From contig JBQTHX010000093.1 in NCBI GenBank assembly GCA_052389415.1, forward strand, positions 1 through 16,035: a stretch of 16,035 nt of DNA. Reading direction: 5' to 3'. This DNA comes from Nitrosopumilaceae archaeon. GTDB lineage: Archaea > Thermoproteota > Nitrososphaeria > Nitrososphaerales > Nitrosopumilaceae. The position numbers and the translations under genes were made by a program. Shown in pieces: positions 1 to 8,515 of this stretch. How positions within the stretch are numbered: the first letter of the stretch is position 1; every line of letters begins with the position of its first letter. The notes beneath the pieces are model-generated. The model was not told the DNA's origin. It ran no database searches and worked only from the letters and a program-made list of their open reading frames with translations.

Positions 1-162
1 GATGGTTACATCACCACAATTGATGGAAAGAAGGTAAACAAGTATGTCTCTATATTTGAGAACATCAAGATAGACATAGTAAAGAACAATGTCTCAGTAA
101 AGGTAAAACTAAAGACTGACTCTGTAAAAGACAGCATGATGATTCCTCTTTTGAGGAATTAG
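1..162 (+). CDS. 3' end of a truncated CDS; probable thaumarchaeal winged-helix (ArsR-like) transcriptional regulator
   Basis: Frame 1 is open from the window edge to TAG at 160-162: DGYITTIDGKKVNKYVSIFENIKIDIVKNNVSVKVKLKTDSVKDSMMIPLLRN. The DG(K/R)KxxKYxSxFxNxxIxI wing hairpin resembles C-termini of AOA wHTH proteins (from memory). Not in the ORF track. Confidence 0.6.
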   Translation, partial: DGYITTIDGKKVNKYVSIFENIKIDIVKNNVSVKVKLKTDSVKDSMMIPLLRN

Positions 163-231
163 ATTTTGAAAGTGGCATTCTAAAAGCTTCAAGACAAGAA
201 TTCCTTTTCTATTTAGCTAAGAAGAGTTCAA

Positions 232-247
232 TCTAGAAATTTATATT
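232..247 (+). promoter_or_regulatory. Putative BRE/TATA box for the beta-CASP nuclease gene
   Basis: TTTATATT at 240-247, preceded by purine-rich AGAAA and about 26 nt before TTG 273. Confidence 0.55.
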
Positions 248-272
248 CTATCAGCATGATGAGATTTCTGTT

Positions 273-1256
273 TTGGAATCAAATATCAGAATGACATCAA
301 AAGGTGTCGTGGTAAAACTAGATGAAATACAGGTACATCTTGACCCAAAAAGTGGGGTAAGAAATGGACTTGCATTTGTTTCGCATGCTCACATGGATCA
401 TTTGCATAATCAAGATGGAGGTATTCTCTTGACGACCAAACTAACAAGCGAAATTGCTAAACTTCGAGGATATTATATAGGTAATTTTGTCGAAGAATTT
501 GAAAATTTTTCCATGATTGATTCTGGTCATATCTTTGGGGCGCGAGGTCTCTTATTTGGGGATGATGTGTTTTACACGGGAGATATCTGTACGCGTGATA
601 GAGGATTTCTAAAAGGCTCCAAAGTGCCAAAATGCAAGACTCTCATAACCGAGTGTACATTTGGTAGACCAGAGTTTGTCTTTCCAAAAATAGATGAAAT
701 TACAAAAAAAGTAAATGCGATCATATCTGAAATGTATTCAAAAGGAATACCTGTGATTTTACACGGATACGAACTGGGAAAGGCTCAAACTCTTTCTAAC
801 CTTTTTGGTCACTGGGATCCTTTGTATTACCATGATTCTGTCAAAAGAATCAATGATTTACATAGAAATTTTGATATTAATTTAAAGGATGTAATGGGGC
901 ATACTGAAGCAGAGAAAGAAGGATTACTAGAAAAGAAACCTTGGGTAATGATTGCACCAAGTATGGGTGGTAAAAGTCAATTTGTAAATTATATGAAATC
1001 AAAATACGGTGCAGTGACAATAGGGTTTAGTGGTTGGGCACAATCTAGCATATACTCTTTTGCAAAACAGCATGATTATTCAATCGCCCTAAGTGATCAC
1101 TGTGATTATAATGATCTTATTGAGCTTGTGAAAAAAAGTAATCCGGAAAAAATCTTTACAGTACATGGATTTGTTGACGAATTTGCAAAAGATCTAGTTA
1201 ACATAGGGTATGATGCACAGCCTTTACGCGAATCTTCACTTGATGATTATTTCTAA
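273..1256 (+). CDS. Metallo-beta-lactamase fold beta-CASP nuclease (COG1236-like exonuclease)
   Basis: Motifs SHAHMDH (HxHxDH), SGHIFGA, YTGD, ITECTFG (motif A), SDH (motif B) and VHG (motif C). The start is TTG 273 or ATG 291. Confidence 0.88.
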   Translation: MESNIRMTSKGVVVKLDEIQVHLDPKSGVRNGLAFVSHAHMDHLHNQDGGILLTTKLTSEIAKLRGYYIGNFVEEFENFSMIDSGHIFGARGLLFGDDVFYTGDICTRDRGFLKGSKVPKCKTLITECTFGRPEFVFPKIDEITKKVNAIISEMYSKGIPVILHGYELGKAQTLSNLFGHWDPLYYHDSVKRINDLHRNFDINLKDVMGHTEAEKEGLLEKKPWVMIAPSMGGKSQFVNYMKSKYGAVTIGFSGWAQSSIYSFAKQHDYSIALSDHCDYNDLIELVKKSNPEKIFTVHGFVDEFAKDLVNIGYDAQPLRESSLDDYF

Positions 1257-1268
1257 TGTAAAAAATTG

Positions 1269-2876
1269 TTAGAATTTACGGAGAGACCGATTATAGGAAA
1301 CTCCGAATCTATGAGCTTCGTCTCTTGCATGTTGCATAATTTTCAGTGCAATACTTTCTTTTGGTATCATGATAGGCTTTTTTGAGGTTGACAAAAAGAT
1401 TTCTTCATTTTCTTTAGCTAATGATGCACAAGGAATCTTTATTCCAGTACTTTTTAGAGCATCTAATGCTATCTTCAAATGCCCTTTTCCACCATCTATG
1501 ACTATTAGATTTGGCATTTCTGTCTTTTCGATTCTCATTCTAAGATATCGACGTTTTATCACTTCATTAATCATTGCATAATCGTTTCTACCTACAACGG
1601 TTTTAATCTTAAATTTCCTATATCCTGATTTAGATGGCCTTCCATCTATAAAGCGTGACATGGCTCCGACTGCGTATGATTCTCCATGATTTGAAATATC
1701 AAAACATTCGATGATGGAAGGAATTTCCGGGAGACTAAGCTTTTCTTGGAGCTCGATTAGTGCTGGTTCCACTCCTTTTGATTGATACAGTGCAATATTT
1801 CGCATAATGAGATCGATCATATCTTTTCTCTTGCCATCTCGCGGAACAATTATACTCACTTTGAATCCAGTCGATTTAGAAAATATCTCTTCCAAGACAT
1901 CTTTTTTGGAAGGAATCTCATTTGTAATGATAAATCTAGGGATAGGATTTGAACTATAATACTGAGAAAGAAAACTTGAAAATGAATTGTCACCAACAAT
2001 GTCAAAAGAAAACCTGGTTCTATCCCTAATGACACCTTTAGTTTGTCTTAAACTCATGATAAAAGCTTCGTGTCCTTTAATTTTTATTCCAAAATACTCT
2101 TCATCATGATTGTTTATTATTTCCATTTTTTGTTTCGTCTGTAAGTTTTGCAACCTTTGAAGGGTTTCGTGAATCTCCTTGGCTTTTTCATATTGTTGTG
2201 ATTGTGAAGCGGATCTCATCTCATTTTCAAGTTTTTTTTGAAAATCTACAAAGTTTTCCTTTCCTTGAAGTATGGATTCAAGTTCTTTTACATTATCACT
2301 GTATCTATTCTTCCCTTCAGCAAATTGACAGGGTGCCTCACAATTTCCTAAATGATATTCCAAACAGGCTTCATTAGGAAGTTTTTTACAAATTCTTATC
2401 TTGAATGTTTTTCGTAACAGTCCTATTGAGAGCATTTTTGAGCTTCCGTGAGTAAATGGACCATATACTCTGCCCTCTCCAATAAATTCCCCTGTTCTAG
2501 TTCGTCTTGCAACAGTAAGACGAGGGTATTGTTCATTAGTTATTCTAAGATAGGTGTATCTTTGTTGATCTTTGAGCTCAATATTGAAAATCGGTCTATA
2601 ACGTTTGATCATATTTGCTTCAAGTAAAAACGCTTCACTTTCATTATCTGTTAGAATGAATTCTATGTCGTGAATTTTTTGAACAAGCTTTTGTGTTTTG
2701 TAATTTTGATTTTTGATAAAATACGATCTCACTCGATTTCTAAGGTTTTTTGCTTTACCAATGTAGATGATTCTATCATCTTTATCCTTCATTAAATAAA
2801 TACCAGGATGTGTTGGAATGATAATTTTTGAAAGATCAACCTGATTTGCCATGCTTAATATCTGCTTTTTACCCAT
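1269..2876 (-). CDS. uvrC: Excinuclease ABC subunit C, lacking the C-terminal HhH domain
   Basis: GIY-YIG domain (PGIYLM..IIYIGKAKNLRNRVRSYF..EAFLLE), Cys cluster CKKLPNEACLEYHLGNCEAPC, UVR coiled coil, RNase H-like domain (ECFDISN, NDYAM, IDGGKG, RDEAHRF). Alternative start is ATG 2852. Confidence 0.96.
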   Translation of the reverse strand: MGKKQILSMANQVDLSKIIIPTHPGIYLMKDKDDRIIYIGKAKNLRNRVRSYFIKNQNYKTQKLVQKIHDIEFILTDNESEAFLLEANMIKRYRPIFNIELKDQQRYTYLRITNEQYPRLTVARRTRTGEFIGEGRVYGPFTHGSSKMLSIGLLRKTFKIRICKKLPNEACLEYHLGNCEAPCQFAEGKNRYSDNVKELESILQGKENFVDFQKKLENEMRSASQSQQYEKAKEIHETLQRLQNLQTKQKMEIINNHDEEYFGIKIKGHEAFIMSLRQTKGVIRDRTRFSFDIVGDNSFSSFLSQYYSSNPIPRFIITNEIPSKKDVLEEIFSKSTGFKVSIIVPRDGKRKDMIDLIMRNIALYQSKGVEPALIELQEKLSLPEIPSIIECFDISNHGESYAVGAMSRFIDGRPSKSGYRKFKIKTVVGRNDYAMINEVIKRRYLRMRIEKTEMPNLIVIDGGKGHLKIALDALKSTGIKIPCASLAKENEEIFLSTSKKPIMIPKESIALKIMQHARDEAHRFGVSYNRSLRKF

Positions 2877-2894
2877 GATTTTCTATGCCTGTAC

Positions 2895-2944
2895 TGTTAA
2901 AATAAGTGTTAAAGGACCTGTTTAATCGAGTTTTACTTATTTTA
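2895..2944. repeat. Three phased 7-mers plus a 10-bp inverted repeat in the uvrA-uvrC spacer
   Basis: TGTTAAA 2895-2901, TGTTAAA 2907-2913 and TGTTTAA 2919-2925 (12-nt period). TAAAATAAGT 2898-2907 is the reverse complement of ACTTATTTTA 2935-2944. Confidence 0.5.
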
Positions 2945-2997
2945 TAATTATGAATTATTATCTTGACATGCTAATGTGAAGACTCGTATCTGATGGT

Positions 2998-5826
2998 TTA
3001 ATGTGATATTATTGAAAGATTTAGGAGCTTTTTCAGGTACTGTCCAGTATAACTTTGTGGGATTTGAGATATCTGTTCTGGTGTGCCATACGCAATTACT
3101 TGTCCGCCCTTATCGCCCCCCTCTGGACCCAAATCGATTATCCAATCAGAATTTTTTATTACATCCATGTTGTGCTCTATTATGATTACGGTATTTCCGA
3201 GATTGACTAACCTATTTAATACATCTAGTAATTTTTGAACATCCGCAAAGTGTAACCCTGTAGTAGGCTCATCCAAGATGTAAACTGTTCTTCCAGTATC
3301 CCTCTTTGAGAGCTCTGATGCAAGTTTCACTCTTTGAGCTTCACCTCCTGACAAAGTTGTTGCAGCCTGTCCCAACTTGATATATCCCAAACCTACATCT
3401 GAGATTGTTTGCAATTTTCTCTGAATTGCAGGTATTTTGGCAAAGAACTCTAGTGCCTCATCTACAGTCATAGAAAGAATATCAGAGATGCTCCTTCCCT
3501 TGTAAAGGACTGAAAGTGTTTCTGAGTTGTAACGCTTCCCTTTACATTCATCACACATTACATAGACATCTGACAAAAACTGCATCTCTATTTTTTTCAC
3601 TCCATCTCCCTCGCATGCAAAACACCTCCCATCTGACACATTAAAAGAGAACTGACCTGGGGAATAACCTCGTTCCCTTGAGGTTTCAGTATTTGCGTAA
3701 AGTTCCCTGATTGGAGTAAATGCACCAATATATGTAGCAGGATTTGATCTAGGTGTTCTGCCAATTGGTGATTGATCAATTCCAATTATTTTATCAATGT
3801 GTTCTTTTCCAAGAATTGCTTCGTGTTTCCCAGGTCTTTCTGTTGAGGCAAAAAAATATGAAGCAAGAGATTTGTATAAAATGTCATTTACAAGGGTAGA
3901 TTTTCCAGAACCTGATACTCCTGTAACTGTAATCATCAGACCCAAGGGAAACTCGACATCGATATGTTTTAGATTGTTCTCCGATGCTCCCTTTACAACT
4001 AATTTTCCCTTTTGTAGTCGTGTTTTTTTTCCAAGCTGTATTGAATCATGGTTTTTTAGATATTTTCCAGTGATCGATTTCTGATCATTTAAAATTTCAT
4101 TTATCTTTCCTTCAAAAACTACGCTGCCACCATGAACTCCTGCACCCGGTCCAAGATCGATTATCCAATCAGAGTTTCGAATTACTTCTTCATCATGCTC
4201 CACTACAAGTATGGAGTTTCCAAGATCGCGTAATTTGGTTAGTGTTTTGATGAGCTTCGCATTGTCCCTTTGATGCAGTCCAATGGTTGGCTCATCAAGA
4301 ACATATAGTACTCCTGTAAGATTAGAGCCTATTTGCGTTGCAAGCCTAATTCTTTGTGATTCTCCCCCTGAAAGCGTGGCACTGACTCTGTTTAGCGTGA
4401 GATAATTAAGACCCACATTTTTTAAAAATTCTAATCTTGAGAGAATCTCTTTTAGAACCGATTTTGCAATGTATTTTTCAGTCTCTGTCAACTTTAAATT
4501 CTGGAAAAAATCATAGGACGAATCAATCGAAAGATCGCAAACCTCCATTATCGAAATTGAATTAATTTTGACAGCCAATGCTTCTTCTTTCAATTTTTTT
4601 CCCTTACATGAACCACATGGTGTTTCACGCATGAATTTACTAATTTCCTCTCTTTTGGATTCAGAATCTGTTTCAAGGAAATTTTTATGAAGACTAGGTA
4701 TGACACCGTTGAAAGTATTTGCGTATTGCCATTTTGAATCAGTTGTTTGTGATTCATAGGAAAACTGTACTACTTCATCGGTTCCATACAAGATTATCTG
4801 TAATTGCCTTGCAGTCATCTTATTTATAGGAGTCAGAAGATTAAAACCAAATTTCTTTCCAACATCTCTAAGTGTTTGTCTTCTAAAAGAAGAAAATCTG
4901 CCTGACCATGGGATTATAGCTCCATCAAGTATTGATTTTGATTTGTCTGGTATCAGTAAATCTGGATCAAACTCCATCTTGACACCAAGACCATGACAGG
5001 TCTTACAAGCACCAAAAGGCGAGTTAAACGAAAATGTTCTAGGTTCTAATTCTCCTATTGAAATTCCGCAATGTGGACAAGCATTGTTTTGTGAAAATAT
5101 CTGTTCATCATTTCCAGAAATCAATACAGTTCCTTTGGTTACTTTCAAAGCGTTTTGAACGGATTCAAACAGTCTGCTTTTTTCTTCTTTAGATGCCCTT
5201 ATTCTATCTACTACTATCTCTATGTTATGCCATTTTTGTTTATCAAGAATTGGAATCTCTCCATTTAGTTCAATGACTTCGTTATCGATTCTAATCCTAG
5301 AATATCCTGATTTTTTTACTTGTTCAAAGAGTTTTTCATAAGTACCTTTTTTTCTTCTCACCAAAGGCGCTAATATCATTATGTTTTTTCCATCTGATTC
5401 CTTTAGGATTGACTCGCAAATTGAATCAGCTGATTGATTAGAAATATGCCTACCACATTTTGTACAGTGAGGAATCCCTATCCTAGAATAAAGCAGTCTT
5501 AAATAATCATAGATTTCTGTTATTGTTCCAACTGTAGATCGAGGATTCTTGCTTGTCGTTTTTTGTTGTATTGAAATTGCAGGAGATAGCCCATCAATGG
5601 AATCAAGATCTGGTTTATCCATCATTTCTAAAAATTGACGCGCATATGCAGATAGTGATTCCACGTATCTTCTTTGACCTTCAGCATAGATGGTATCAAA
5701 TGCAAGTGTCGATTTCCCAGATCCAGAAAGTCCTGTAATTACAACTAATTTGTTTTTTGGAATGTCTAAGTTGATATTTTTTAAATTGTGTTCCCTTGCT
5801 CCACGAACTATCAGTTTGTCAATCAT
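2998..5826 (-). CDS. uvrA: Excinuclease ABC subunit A
   Basis: GAREHNLKN, Walker A motifs GLSGSGKS and GVSGSGKS, EGQRRYVESLS, ABC signatures LSGGESQR and LSGGEAQR, LDEPT twice, Zn-finger CxxC pairs. Confidence 0.99.
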   Translation of the reverse strand: MIDKLIVRGAREHNLKNINLDIPKNKLVVITGLSGSGKSTLAFDTIYAEGQRRYVESLSAYARQFLEMMDKPDLDSIDGLSPAISIQQKTTSKNPRSTVGTITEIYDYLRLLYSRIGIPHCTKCGRHISNQSADSICESILKESDGKNIMILAPLVRRKKGTYEKLFEQVKKSGYSRIRIDNEVIELNGEIPILDKQKWHNIEIVVDRIRASKEEKSRLFESVQNALKVTKGTVLISGNDEQIFSQNNACPHCGISIGELEPRTFSFNSPFGACKTCHGLGVKMEFDPDLLIPDKSKSILDGAIIPWSGRFSSFRRQTLRDVGKKFGFNLLTPINKMTARQLQIILYGTDEVVQFSYESQTTDSKWQYANTFNGVIPSLHKNFLETDSESKREEISKFMRETPCGSCKGKKLKEEALAVKINSISIMEVCDLSIDSSYDFFQNLKLTETEKYIAKSVLKEILSRLEFLKNVGLNYLTLNRVSATLSGGESQRIRLATQIGSNLTGVLYVLDEPTIGLHQRDNAKLIKTLTKLRDLGNSILVVEHDEEVIRNSDWIIDLGPGAGVHGGSVVFEGKINEILNDQKSITGKYLKNHDSIQLGKKTRLQKGKLVVKGASENNLKHIDVEFPLGLMITVTGVSGSGKSTLVNDILYKSLASYFFASTERPGKHEAILGKEHIDKIIGIDQSPIGRTPRSNPATYIGAFTPIRELYANTETSRERGYSPGQFSFNVSDGRCFACEGDGVKKIEMQFLSDVYVMCDECKGKRYNSETLSVLYKGRSISDILSMTVDEALEFFAKIPAIQRKLQTISDVGLGYIKLGQAATTLSGGEAQRVKLASELSKRDTGRTVYILDEPTTGLHFADVQKLLDVLNRLVNLGNTVIIIEHNMDVIKNSDWIIDLGPEGGDKGGQVIAYGTPEQISQIPQSYTGQYLKKLLNLSIISH

Positions 5827-7760
5827 TTCTTTATCATCTTTTGAACTTGAATGAGTTTTTCTCGATATTCTATGGCACGCTCAAAATCAAGATTTTCTGC
5901 AAATCTTTTCATCATTGTTTCTGTCTCAATAGCATATTTGATTAGATCGTGTTTTGACATGTGTTTTGTTTCCTCTAGTTTTACTGTCATTTGTGGTATT
6001 GCTTTTACAATTGTGGTTGGCGTGACTCCCATTTTTTTATTGTAAGACACTTGTTTTATTCTTCTTCTTTCTGTCTCTGCTATCGCAAGGGTCATTGATT
6101 TTGTTGTCAAATCTGCATACATTATCACCATTCCATCAATGTTTCTGGCAGCCCTACCAAATGTCTGAATGAGGCTAGTTGTATTCCTAAGAAATCCTTC
6201 CTTGTCTGCGTCTAGGATGGCAACAAGAGATACCTCGGGTATATCAAGACCTTCTCTGAGCAGATTTATGCCTACCAGAACATTAAACTCTCCTAGGCGT
6301 AGCTGCCGAATAAGCTCAGTTCTTTGCAGATTTTCAATTTCAGAATGCAAATATCTCACCTTTACGTGTTTTCTTGAAAGATATTCTGCAAGATCTTCTG
6401 CCATCCGTTTTGTAAGAGTTGTAACCAGAACTCGCTGGTCTTTTTCTTCTCTTTTTTTGATTTCTGATACCAAATCATCCATCTGATTTTTGGTAGACCT
6501 TATCTCTACTAGTGGATCAACTAGTCCTGTGGGACGAATTAATTGTTCTACAAGTTGAATGCTTTTTTTTCGCTCATAATCGCTAGGAGTTGCAGATACA
6601 AATATCGCGTTTTTGATATACCTTTCAAACTCTTCAAATTTTAGTGGTCTATTATCAAAAGCACTTGGCAACCTAAACCCGTAATCTATCAATGCCTTTT
6701 TGCGTGAATAATCACCTTTGTACATTCCATGAAGCTGTGGTAAGGTAACGTGTGATTCGTCTATAACAAGCAAAAAGTTGTCTCCAAAAAAATCAAGTAA
6801 ACAAAACGCTGGTTCACCTGATATTCTACCATCAAAATGTCTAGAGTAATTTTCAATGCCAGAACAATACCCTATCTCTTCTATCATTTCAAGATCAAAG
6901 TTTGTCCGCATCTCAAGTCGCTGTCTTTCTAATTCCTTTAGCTGTTGCAATCTCTCTTTAAGTTCAGCTTTAATCGAGTTAATCGCAATCCGTCTTACAT
7001 CATCTGCAACAAGATAGTGCTTTGCAGGAAATATCTTTATCTTTGATATGGTTCTTTTTTCTTTTAGTGATATAGGATCGTTAATTGTTATTTTTTCTAT
7101 TTCATCGCCAAAAATGGATATTCTAATAACATCATCTGAGTACGCAGGTATGACATCGATAGTGTCACCTTTAATTCTGAATCTTCCAGAAACAAGTTCT
7201 ATATCATTTCTCTCATATCTTGCATTAACCAGTTTTTTTATTAAATCAATTCGATTTAATACAAAACCTTTCTCAATATTGATTGCCATTGATTCCCAAT
7301 CACTGGGAGAACCGAGCGAATAGATGCATGAAACTGTTGAAACTATTATAGTGGGTTCTCCGGAAAGAAGCATCGCAGTTGCCTCCAGACGCATCTTCTC
7401 TATTTTTTCATTGATTTGAGTATCTTTTTCTATATAGGTATCTGTTTGCGGGATGTAACTTTCTGGTTGGTAATAATCGTAATAACTAACAAAATATCCT
7501 ACATTATTCTTTGGGAAAAATTGCTTCAACTCTGAATAAAGCTGAGCTGCAAGAGTCTTGTTGTGAGATATGACAAGTGTATTTTTTCCGGTTCTTTGGA
7601 TGACATTTGCCACAGTGAAAGTCTTGCCGCTACCTGTTACTCCCAATAGCGTCTGAATTTTGTTTTTTCTAACTCCTTCCACTAACAATTCTATTGCCTG
7701 AGGCTGGTCGCCCGTAGGTATGAATTCCGATGATATCTCAAAACCTTGGTTTTGTAACAC
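5823..7760 (-). CDS. uvrB: Excinuclease ABC subunit B
   Basis: PTGDQPQAI, GVTGSGKT, beta-hairpin YFVSYYDYYQPESY, DESH, GINLLREGLDIPEVSLVAILDADKEGFLR, C-terminal UVR domain. Its TGA overlaps the uvrA ATG (ATGA, 5823-5826). Start moved from TTG 7781 to GTG 7760 based on the TATA position. Confidence 0.98.
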   Translation of the reverse strand: MLQNQGFEISSEFIPTGDQPQAIELLVEGVRKNKIQTLLGVTGSGKTFTVANVIQRTGKNTLVISHNKTLAAQLYSELKQFFPKNNVGYFVSYYDYYQPESYIPQTDTYIEKDTQINEKIEKMRLEATAMLLSGEPTIIVSTVSCIYSLGSPSDWESMAINIEKGFVLNRIDLIKKLVNARYERNDIELVSGRFRIKGDTIDVIPAYSDDVIRISIFGDEIEKITINDPISLKEKRTISKIKIFPAKHYLVADDVRRIAINSIKAELKERLQQLKELERQRLEMRTNFDLEMIEEIGYCSGIENYSRHFDGRISGEPAFCLLDFFGDNFLLVIDESHVTLPQLHGMYKGDYSRKKALIDYGFRLPSAFDNRPLKFEEFERYIKNAIFVSATPSDYERKKSIQLVEQLIRPTGLVDPLVEIRSTKNQMDDLVSEIKKREEKDQRVLVTTLTKRMAEDLAEYLSRKHVKVRYLHSEIENLQRTELIRQLRLGEFNVLVGINLLREGLDIPEVSLVAILDADKEGFLRNTTSLIQTFGRAARNIDGMVIMYADLTTKSMTLAIAETERRRIKQVSYNKKMGVTPTTIVKAIPQMTVKLEETKHMSKHDLIKYAIETETMMKRFAENLDFERAIEYREKLIQVQKMIKK

Positions 7761-7780
7761 ACCAAAAATTATAGGAAACA

Positions 7781-7809
7781 AAATTTAAAGCAATGGTAAT
7801 TCTGTTACC
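7781..7809 (-). promoter_or_regulatory. Putative uvrB(A) promoter: TATA box with an upstream palindrome
   Basis: Minus-strand CTTTAAATTT (7790-7781); the TTTAAA core ends 24 nt before GTG 7760. GGTAA-N5-TTACC at 7795-7809. Confidence 0.5.
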
Positions 7810-8438
7810 TACCAAACCTGATCTTCTGCTACTAGACCATTCTTTGTTTGCTTTATTCCCATTATCTCAAGGGTGTTTTTTGCAGTTGGCGAATTCCGTT
7901 CTAAAATTTTTTGAGCAAGATTAAGACGAGTCTTTCTGTCCAAATGTTGGCCTATTTTATATTTTCCACGCATAGTGGATGAAATGATTTTGATTATCGC
8001 TACTTCATCCACCACCCTCATTTCCGGTCTTATACTCTCGTATCGTCCTTCAGGCTGGTATTTTTTCATAAGGGCGTTAAGGGCAAGAGCTTTCTCTACT
8101 TTATCCGAAACTAAAGAGGCGATGCCCTTTATCACTACACTAATGTATAGAGTATCTGCTTGGGATGCATCCCTTGGATCTGTAAAATATGAGGGAAGAA
8201 ATTCTAAGCTTTTATCGACTTCGAAACCTACTTTGTTGTTTTTAATGATATTTTCTATTTTTTCGCCCTTTGTATGAGAATGCATGTAAATTGTGTCATT
8301 TGCATAAACAAAATTCATCGGAATTATCTGTGGGTAGCCAAATTTGTCAATGCTAGATATTCTACCAGTTTCCTGCTCATTTAGGAATTTGATGATTTTT
8401 TCCTTTGATTTTATCTCTAGCCTGCCAAGAAGCTGCAT
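7809..8438 (-). CDS. Pyridoxamine 5'-phosphate oxidase-like flavin-binding split-barrel protein (NimA-like)
   Basis: GRISSID..YPQIIPMNFVY..IYMHSHTKGEKIENI..NNKVGFEVD..YISVVIKG..KALALNALMKKYQP..MRGKYK matches the family pattern. Confidence 0.85.
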   Translation of the reverse strand: MQLLGRLEIKSKEKIIKFLNEQETGRISSIDKFGYPQIIPMNFVYANDTIYMHSHTKGEKIENIIKNNKVGFEVDKSLEFLPSYFTDPRDASQADTLYISVVIKGIASLVSDKVEKALALNALMKKYQPEGRYESIRPEMRVVDEVAIIKIISSTMRGKYKIGQHLDRKTRLNLAQKILERNSPTAKNTLEIMGIKQTKNGLVAEDQVW

Positions 8439-8515
8439 ATGAATTGATTATTAGGTTTTGATATTTCTGTATATGGTTTTAATAGATAAATGGGGGTGAT
8501 ATTATACAATATAGT

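Noticed and set aside
3597-3785. Same-strand alternate-frame 62-aa ORF inside uvrA
   Set aside because: uvrA is intact, and there is no frameshift signal or recognisable motif.
1369-8277. Plus-strand ORFs antisense to uvrC, uvrA, uvrB and the flavoprotein gene (1369, 3003, 3797, 5553, 5851, 6169, 7048, 7975)
   Set aside because: They are fully nested opposite well-supported genes, are mostly Ser/Phe/Ile-rich shadow translations, and show no motifs.
8492-8500. GGGGGTGAT Shine-Dalgarno-like sequence before ATG 8516
   Set aside because: It lies about 15 nt from the start codon, too far for a typical RBS; function is unsupported.
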